From a virus, in IMG/VR virus record IMGVR_UViG_3300035493_000027: a DNA stretch of 41,509 bases; one strand, 5' to 3'. The notes beneath the pieces were generated by a model. That model was not told where the DNA came from, did no database searches, and worked only from the letters and a program-made list of their open reading frames with translations. The position numbers and the translations under genes were made by a program. Within the stretch, counting starts at the first letter, position 1, and each line of letters opens with the position of its first letter. Positions 17,826 to 23,300 of the stretch are shown piece after piece.

Positions 17826-18113
17826 ATGACCATCAATGACCATGACATCCAGGGGATGCCCATAAGGCTCCTCTTTGTGCGCTACCTCATGGCCTCCTTC
17901 CTGTACTACCAGCTCGATGAAGCCAGTCCCTGGAGTGACCATGAGTACGACGCTGCCTGTAAGCGCCTGTACGACGAATGGGACACCTTCGAGCATCCCC
18001 ACAAGGTCTTCGCTGATCGTGACTGCTTGACTGCTGGGTCGGGTTACCAGATCCGGTACTACCCCAAGATCACCCAAAGTGCGGCGTTGAGATGGGCGAG
18101 AGGGGAGACCTGA
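17826..18113 (+). CDS. Hypothetical protein resembling domain Ia of NAD-dependent DNA ligase
   Basis: FLYYQLDEASPWSDHEYDAACKRLYDEWDTFEHP parallels E. coli LigA [31 protein letters not shown] as recalled. Start uncertain (TTG 17802, ATG 17826 or ATG 17856); no clear RBS. Confidence 0.6.
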   Translation: MTINDHDIQGMPIRLLFVRYLMASFLYYQLDEASPWSDHEYDAACKRLYDEWDTFEHPHKVFADRDCLTAGSGYQIRYYPKITQSAALRWARGET

Positions 18114-18511
18114 CCCGTTGAATCGACGGGTGAGCTTCAGGGGAACCCCTTGGTTTTTGGCAAAAATCCGAGACGGTATAACGCCGGAGCTGCACCCTCA
18201 GTTCCCCCCGTGGGGGTGGGCACCTGGGGCTGGCGACACATGCCACGACACAAACGCCCCGCAAAGCCGCGCCGTTGCTGGCCTCGCAAAGGATTAGGAA
18301 TCCATCGGCCTATCTAGTGGGCGCGCTGCCTGGGCAATCCTGGGGCTTTCCTGGGCGTTCTAGTGGGCTGGCCTGGTGCTTGGCCTTGCGCTTTTTCTTG
18401 TGTGGGCTTGTTGTGTCGTGTCTTATTTTTTTCCTTCGACCACAATATCTAGTGGTTCCCCTGCAGTCACACCACAAGCCATAGCGTTATGCCGCACTCC
18501 ACGCAAAAGAC

Positions 18512-18540
18512 TTGACGAACTATCCACCGTCGCATAAGAT
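18512..18540 (+). promoter_or_regulatory. Sigma70-type early promoter candidate (TTGACG-17 nt-TAAGAT)
   Basis: Best -35/-10 pair with correct spacing in the 664-bp non-coding region upstream of the first large early gene. The 17-nt spacer is an M2 copy. Confidence 0.55.
18518..18538 (+). promoter_or_regulatory. M2 motif copy (AACTATCCACCGTCGCATAAG), function unknown
   Basis: Fills the spacer of the sigma70-like promoter. Confidence 0.6.
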
Positions 18541-18720
18541 GCGCAGCCAAGAGGGAAGCGAAAGCCAACCTCACCGGCCACTAGGCCAACCGCTCTTTAA
18601 CAATCTGGATGGTGGTGCCCGTAGGTAACACCAACGGCAAGGATTGCCGGTAATCCCCAAGGATGGTGGATGCCTCAAGGCCCATTGACTGGGATCTTTC
18701 CCAGTATCAGTGCGCCTTGA

Positions 18721-18740
18721 AGTATCCACCCGCGAGATGG
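18721..18740 (+). promoter_or_regulatory. Degenerate M2-like copy (AGTATCCACCCGCGAGATGG)
   Basis: Shares TATCCACC-NN-CG with M2. Lies about 40 nt upstream of the ATG at 18778. Confidence 0.3.
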
Positions 18741-18777
18741 ATGCGACAGTGAAAAGCCCAACAAAGGAGAACTACAG

Positions 18778-19437
18778 ATGGCTATTCGCATCAGTGTTAC
18801 TTCAAAACTGGATGGCATCCGCTCTTGGTCACTGGAGGCCATCGCTACCTGCCCCGGCTCTGTTGGGGCAGACGGTGAACTGGTTCCCGCTTGCCAAGGC
18901 TGCTATGCCACCACTGGCAACTATCGCTTCCCCAACGTCAAAGCGCCTCGTCAAGAGAACCGCCAAGACTGGAAGCGCGCCGAGTGGGTAGACGATATGG
19001 TCAAGGAACTGGACAGCGACCGCTATTTCCGGTGGTTCGACTCCGGTGACCTGTACGACCTGCGCCTCGCCCACAAGGTGTATCAGGTAATGGCTCGCAC
19101 TCCATGGTGCAAGCACTGGCTGCCGACCCGGATGCACAAGTTCGAGAAGTTCGCCCAGGTGCTGCGCATGATGGAGCAACTGCCGAATGTGGTAGTTCGC
19201 CGCTCAAGCGACAACGTCGACGGAACCTTCACCGATGGCGTTCATGGCTCGACCATTGTGCCCACTGCTTCCCAGGTTCCGGCTGGCGTCAAGATCTGCC
19301 AAGCCTACGAGAACGGCGGCAAGTGCTCCGGTTGCCGGGCTTGCTGGGATAAGTCGGTCTCGGTTGTCGGCTACGTCGCCCACGGCAAGAAGATGGCCTC
19401 AGTCCTCAAACGCGAAGGGCTGATTGCTGTCGGCTGA
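18778..19437 (+). CDS. Cys-rich early protein of unknown function (possibly GP88-like)
   Basis: 219 aa, RBS AAGGAG. Cys clusters C-x13-C-x2-C near the N-terminus and C-x8-C-x2-C-x2-C near the C-terminus suggest metal or Fe-S binding. The family assignment is from memory only. Confidence 0.85.
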   Translation: MAIRISVTSKLDGIRSWSLEAIATCPGSVGADGELVPACQGCYATTGNYRFPNVKAPRQENRQDWKRAEWVDDMVKELDSDRYFRWFDSGDLYDLRLAHKVYQVMARTPWCKHWLPTRMHKFEKFAQVLRMMEQLPNVVVRRSSDNVDGTFTDGVHGSTIVPTASQVPAGVKICQAYENGGKCSGCRACWDKSVSVVGYVAHGKKMASVLKREGLIAVG

Positions 19438-19459
19438 AACAATCCACCAACGCAACATT
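19438..19459 (+). promoter_or_regulatory. M2 motif copy (AACAATCCACCAACGCAACATT), weaker 3' half
   Basis: Begins immediately after the TGA of the preceding gene. Confidence 0.5.
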
Positions 19460-19536
19460 CGCGCTAGTGGCTTCATCCAAGGCCATCCACTGGGTGGCCT
19501 TCAGTGAACCCACTGAACCCCATGAGGGCAACAACC

Positions 19537-19704
19537 ATGAAAGCGTTCAAGCACTGGGGCCGCGAACTGGCCCGCGACCATCGCTACCGCAAAACCATGC
19601 GCCGCTCTAAGGAGTGGGGCGACTTCGACGACATGGGCAACGAGCGCATCGAGCGCGCCTACCACGCCCAGCGGCTGGCCAAGCGCGGCCTGTTGTTCTG
19701 CTGA
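19537..19704 (+). CDS. Hypothetical small basic protein
   Basis: ORF 19504..19704. ATG 19537 has GAGGG 8 nt upstream; the upstream candidate starts lack an RBS. Confidence 0.55.
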   Translation: MKAFKHWGRELARDHRYRKTMRRSKEWGDFDDMGNERIERAYHAQRLAKRGLLFC

Positions 19705-19712
19705 GGTGGCCC

Positions 19713-19895
19713 ATGGACGTATTCAATCACGTCGAGCGTGAGGTCGACCGCATCCTGGCGCCTCAAGCCGACTTCTACCCACTGCAGCCCGACTACCTGC
19801 AACGCCTTACCGAGGAAGCCTACAACCTGGGGGCGCTCTCCCAGGACGAGTACCGCTACCTCTGTCGGCGCATCGAGAAGGCGAGGACTCACTGA
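19713..19895 (+). CDS. Hypothetical small protein
   Basis: Internal ATG of ORF 19614..19895 preceded by GAGGTGG. 60 aa. Confidence 0.6.
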   Translation: MDVFNHVEREVDRILAPQADFYPLQPDYLQRLTEEAYNLGALSQDEYRYLCRRIEKARTH

Positions 19896-20047
19896 TGTCT
19901 GCCGCTCTCCAGCTCGACCAGCAGATGCCCCTTGAAGGCTGCTTGCTGACTGTTCTCGTGACTGCCCGGTGGTTCCACCGCCAGGGCATTCGCACTGGAC
20001 TCACCCGAGTTCGCAAAGGCCACTGGACGCTGACGCCCAGGGCTTGA
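19895..20047 (+). CDS. Hypothetical 50-aa protein (below the ORF-track cut-off)
   Basis: The ATG overlaps the preceding stop (TGATG), GAGGA 6 nt upstream. Translated manually: MSAALQLDQQMPLEGCLLTVLVTARWFHRQGIRTGLTRVRKGHWTLTPRA. Confidence 0.4.
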   Translation: MSAALQLDQQMPLEGCLLTVLVTARWFHRQGIRTGLTRVRKGHWTLTPRA

Positions 20048-20074
20048 ATTACCACCACTACTGAGGAGACACCT

Positions 20075-20476
20075 ATGAACGACGCACTCAAGAAACAGGC
20101 CGCTACTGCTTTCACCGCCATGATCGCCAAGACCATCGAGAAAGTCGTGACGGCTGATGCCCTGGACGACGTGGTCGTCGGTCGCACCTTCGACTTCAAC
20201 GTCCTGAACCGCACCAAGACTGGCCGCATGATCGTGGAAGGCATCGTCGGTGCCGTCTGCCACATGGACCTCGCCAATCTCATGCAGCACGGCCCGTTCA
20301 CCATCGTAGCCACCTATCAGGGAGCGCTGACCGACGTGGTTTGCCAGGACGTGAGAGGCGAGCACTTCATGCTGCCGAGCGGTGTGTTTACGCTGCTGAA
20401 CCGCTTCGAGACTGGCGACATGCCGCCCGAGCTGCCCTTCGAGATCGACGCGGAGGAGCTGGCATCGGCTGCGTGA
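20075..20476 (+). CDS. Hypothetical protein
   Basis: 133 aa, RBS GAGGAG, codon usage like the rest of the genome. Confidence 0.8.
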   Translation: MNDALKKQAATAFTAMIAKTIEKVVTADALDDVVVGRTFDFNVLNRTKTGRMIVEGIVGAVCHMDLANLMQHGPFTIVATYQGALTDVVCQDVRGEHFMLPSGVFTLLNRFETGDMPPELPFEIDAEELASAA

Positions 20477-20590
20477 TTCTTCACCAGGGAAGAACAGTGG
20501 CATTTTGTTATCAAAGTGCCACTTGAAAAAAGACTTTCAGTCCCCATCATTTTGTACGCTCTTTTGTTCAAGGAGAGGTGACCGTACAAG

Positions 20591-20803
20591 ATGCTGAAGC
20601 ATGAACTTAGACGCATGTTGGCGCAAAAAACTGACGATTTCGTGGCGAACGGTCACGAAATCATCAGGTATGCCTCACCGAGTAACCCCTCGAAGATCAA
20701 GCTCGGGGGTCACCGGAAGGTGTACAACCTCAAAGAGCTGGCATGGCGTGACGAGCTACAACGGATGCAGAAGGAGGCCGCACAGAATGACTGCAGCCAT
20801 TGA
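20591..20803 (+). CDS. Hypothetical protein (lower-GC island)
   Basis: 70 aa ORF. AAGGAGAGG upstream, though with long spacing. Confidence 0.55.
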   Translation: MLKHELRRMLAQKTDDFVANGHEIIRYASPSNPSKIKLGGHRKVYNLKELAWRDELQRMQKEAAQNDCSH

Positions 20804-21071
20804 CAAGCTAATCGAGTCGTCCAACGGACGCCCAGTTTCCATCAGGTTCCTCAAGGAGACCGGGGAAGAAGCCACCTTGAGTGGCCGCACGACGATTCGC
20901 TGGGGCAACGTCCCTAGCAAGTACAGCAAGGGGCCAAACCGCCGCAAGTACTACCTGATCTACGTCCCACACAAGGGCTACCGCCGAGTCAACGCTGACG
21001 CTGTACTGGAAGGTGCTCTGGGTGGGGTCACGGTGAAGAACGACGCGGTTCCCCCCGAGATAGCAGCGTGA
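20787..21071 (+). CDS. Hypothetical protein (lower-GC island)
   Basis: Internal ATG of ORF 20601..21071 with AAGGAGG 9 nt upstream. 94 aa. Confidence 0.6.
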   Translation: MTAAIDKLIESSNGRPVSIRFLKETGEEATLSGRTTIRWGNVPSKYSKGPNRRKYYLIYVPHKGYRRVNADAVLEGALGGVTVKNDAVPPEIAA

Positions 21072-21454
21072 TCCCCTTTGAAGACGCCCTGGATCTGGGG
21101 GTTATAACGATCCTGATCGGCGTCGCTGTGTTTTTCATGAGCATCACTTAGGAGTTCGACTGGTCTGGTCTCGTAGTCGTCGAGCGGGGCCAGGGCAAAC
21201 GGATATTGCAGGGCAAGACGTACTAGACAGGCAGACGCTCGAAGTCTGCTGCGCGCAGAAGCAAGAAGGACTACCAGAGAATGTACATCAGTTTTTGCTC
21301 TCCCAAGGTTTTCGGAAAGCGGTGCTTTTTTGAGTTCGATAGCAATTCACGTCCGCATCAGATGCTAGACTGGCTCGTCGAACCGAATGATGTTTTACTG
21401 TGGGTGTGGCGGTTCCACATCGTCATATCCAAAGAAACTAGGAGGTAACAAACC

Positions 21455-21790
21455 ATGGCTCTGACAGCTCTCGCAGTGATCGAGGAAGTAATCAAGCGTT
21501 TCCGCGACTTCGATCAGGAGATGCAGATGCAGACTGCCCAGACATTCATCGCGGTCGCTATGCAGCCCGGCATCACCATGAAGGAGCTATCGGAGAAGGT
21601 TGGCATTTCTCAAGCGTCCTGCAGCCGCAACGTCTCGGCCCTGTCCCGAGTCCACCGGCTGAACAAGCCAGGAATGGATCTGGTTGTGGCTGCAGAAGAT
21701 CCGATGGAACGCCGCCGCAAGGTAGTCAAGCTGACCCCGAAAGGACAGCGCCTTGCCGAGTCACTGACCCAACTTATCGAGGAGAAGTAA
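21455..21790 (+). CDS. Winged-helix (MarR-like) transcriptional regulator; candidate lysogeny regulator
   Basis: HTH ITMKELSEKVGISQASCSRNVSAL followed by the wing DPMERRRKVVKLTPKGQRL. Strong RBS TAGGAGGT. Adjacent to the tRNA-Leu/integrase module. Confidence 0.8.
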   Translation: MALTALAVIEEVIKRFRDFDQEMQMQTAQTFIAVAMQPGITMKELSEKVGISQASCSRNVSALSRVHRLNKPGMDLVVAAEDPMERRRKVVKLTPKGQRLAESLTQLIEEK

Positions 21791-21797
21791 CAGAGGT

Positions 21798-21883
21798 TGG
21801 TGCTCGGAGCGGGACTCGAACCCGCAAGACCGTAGGTCGGGGCATTTTAAGTGCCCTGTGTCTACCAATTTCACCACCCGAGC
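21798..21883 (-). tRNA. tRNA-Leu (anticodon TAA), complete, antisense to all protein genes
   Basis: The reverse complement folds as a type II tRNA. Acceptor GCTCGGG/TCCGAGC, 3-bp D stem GTG/CAC, anticodon arm GGGCA-CTTAAAA-TGCCC, variable arm GACC-tac-GGTC, T arm GCGGG-TTCGAGT-CCCGC, ACCA end. Confidence 0.9.
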
Positions 21884-21895
21884 GAGGAGAGAACC

Positions 21896-22969
21896 ATGCC
21901 GGTAAAGCCAAGAGGTCGTGGCTTTGAGGCCACAGTCAACCACCAAGGAGGAAAGTACCGGAGGCAATTCGCAACCCAGGTCGAAGCCGAAGCCTGGGAG
22001 AAGGCAACCAAAGCCGCCCTCATGAGGGGCGAGATGGTAGCAGAAAGCAGCGGCTCAGCCAATGGAAACCCGAGCAGTCTCAAGGAGTTGGCCGAGCTGA
22101 CCTACAAACGATTCTGGCAGGGTCGCCCTGGAGGAGAGACCGCCCTGCGCAACGCCAAGCAATGCCTCGCCATCCTCGGTGAGGGCATGACCCCAGGCTC
22201 AGTTACGGAGCAGCGCATCGACGACATGGTGTTCGCATTCGAGCAGCAGGGTCTGTTCGACAGCACCATCAACCGGAAGCTCTCCGCTCTGTCCAAGATG
22301 CTGACCTTCGCCTATGAGCGAGGCTACATCCCACGCAAACCCAAGATCGAACGCAAGAAAGAACCCCAGAACCGCATCAGGTACTTCGACGAGGTCGAGG
22401 AGCAGATGCTGCTGGACACCTTCAACCACTTCGGGCTTCACGACATGGCCGACTTCTGCATCGTGGCCATCGACACCGGGATGCGGGTTGGTGAGATCAT
22501 GCGGATCGAGGATCGTGACGTAGCCAATGGGCTGGTCTCCGTGTGGCGCACGAAGAACGGCAAGGCCCGATCCATCCCGATGACCAAGCGCGTGGCTGAG
22601 GTACTGGAGCGCCGCTTTAAGGAGGAGCGTCGTCGGCTCAACACCATCGGCAACGTGAAGGCGTTCGACGGCTGGAACCACAGCAAGATCAGAACGCTGT
22701 GGGAGAAAGCCCGCCGCCACATGAAGATGATGGGCGACCCTCAGTTCGTCCCGCACGTCATGCGGCACACCTTCTGCTCCCGGCTGGTTCAGCGTGGAGT
22801 GGACATCGTGACGGTCTCGAAGCTGGCCGGTCACAGCTCCATCGTAGTCACCATGCGGTACGCTCACCTCGCTCCCGATAGTCTGGCCCATGCCATTCGG
22901 AAGCTGGAAGAACCCGCAAAAGATGTAAATCCCCAAGCTCGACACACGACACAAGTTGTGTCGCGGTAG
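21896..22969 (+). CDS. int: Tyrosine integrase (site-specific recombinase)
   Basis: TGMRVGEIMRI, HVMRHTFCSRLVQRGVDI, LAGHSSIVVTMRYAHL (R..HxxR..H..Y catalytic pattern). ATG 21896 with GAGGAG upstream is preferred because the longer ORF start at 21851 lies inside the tRNA. Confidence 0.93.
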   Translation: MPVKPRGRGFEATVNHQGGKYRRQFATQVEAEAWEKATKAALMRGEMVAESSGSANGNPSSLKELAELTYKRFWQGRPGGETALRNAKQCLAILGEGMTPGSVTEQRIDDMVFAFEQQGLFDSTINRKLSALSKMLTFAYERGYIPRKPKIERKKEPQNRIRYFDEVEEQMLLDTFNHFGLHDMADFCIVAIDTGMRVGEIMRIEDRDVANGLVSVWRTKNGKARSIPMTKRVAEVLERRFKEERRRLNTIGNVKAFDGWNHSKIRTLWEKARRHMKMMGDPQFVPHVMRHTFCSRLVQRGVDIVTVSKLAGHSSIVVTMRYAHLAPDSLAHAIRKLEEPAKDVNPQARHTTQVVSR

Positions 22970-22985
22970 TGTCGAGAGCCGCGAC

Positions 22986-23006
22986 CATTGCGATAGTGGA
23001 TTGATT
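22986..23006 (-). promoter_or_regulatory. M2 motif copy on the minus strand (CAATCCACTATCGCAATG core)
   Basis: The only inverted copy. Lies in the left arm of a bulged hairpin GTGGaTTGATT...AATCAACCAC. Confidence 0.45.
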
Positions 23007-23099
23007 GAACCCCAATAAAATCAACCACTTACGCCAGCAGTAGTCCTCCGCAACAGACTTAAAAGGTCTTGCATCCGACTACCCACTGGCACATTGAAT

Positions 23100-23126
23100 A
23101 ACCCGGCATCGTCCGGGTTTTCTTTT
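23100..23126 (+). terminator. Intrinsic terminator between integrase and RNAP gene
   Basis: AACCCGG-catcgt-CCGGGTT followed by TTCTTTT. Confidence 0.75.
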
Positions 23127-23132
23127 CCCATC

Positions 23133-23152
23133 AACTATCCACTGTCGCAACC
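23133..23152 (+). promoter_or_regulatory. M2 motif copy (AACTATCCACTGTCGCAACC), function unknown
   Basis: Between the terminator and the M1 promoter of the RNAP gene. Confidence 0.55.
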
Positions 23153-23220
23153 TTTGCAGACCGCTCGACACAAGACACGGGCGGTTTGTGTCGTCACGGC
23201 TCTCTGACGCCCTGCTTGGC

Positions 23221-23243
23221 AATTACCACACAGTCTTGGAGCA
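23221..23243 (+). promoter_or_regulatory. Phage RNAP promoter, M1 family (AATTACCACACAGTCTTGGAGCA), directly upstream of the RNAP gene
   Basis: Full M1 core. 58 nt upstream of the RNAP ATG. Confidence 0.85.
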
Positions 23244-23300
23244 CCGAGAGGTGACCTCCGAGGCCGGTTCCTTAAAGCCAAACTCAGAGAGATCCAATAG

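Noticed and set aside
18157-18182. TTGGCA ... TATAAC as a sigma70 promoter
   Set aside because: The spacer is only 14 nt, too short for a functional -35/-10 pair.
18275-18484. 69-aa + strand ORF in the early non-coding region
   Set aside because: It has no RBS. The sequence is built from the G+T-rich repeats (CCTGGG, TCTAGTGG) and gives a Leu/Gly/Cys/Phe-rich low-complexity product.
20047-20069. Tenth M1-like site AATTACCACCACTACTGAGGAGA
   Set aside because: It matches only the first 9 nt of M1. The region corresponding to -8 to +1 diverges completely and the GGAGA is out of register. It is more likely just the RBS region of gene 20075.
21761-21967. 68-aa minus-strand ORF, and the 21851 start of the integrase ORF
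   Set aside because: Both run through the tRNA-Leu gene. The integrase has a well-placed ATG with GAGGAG at 21896.
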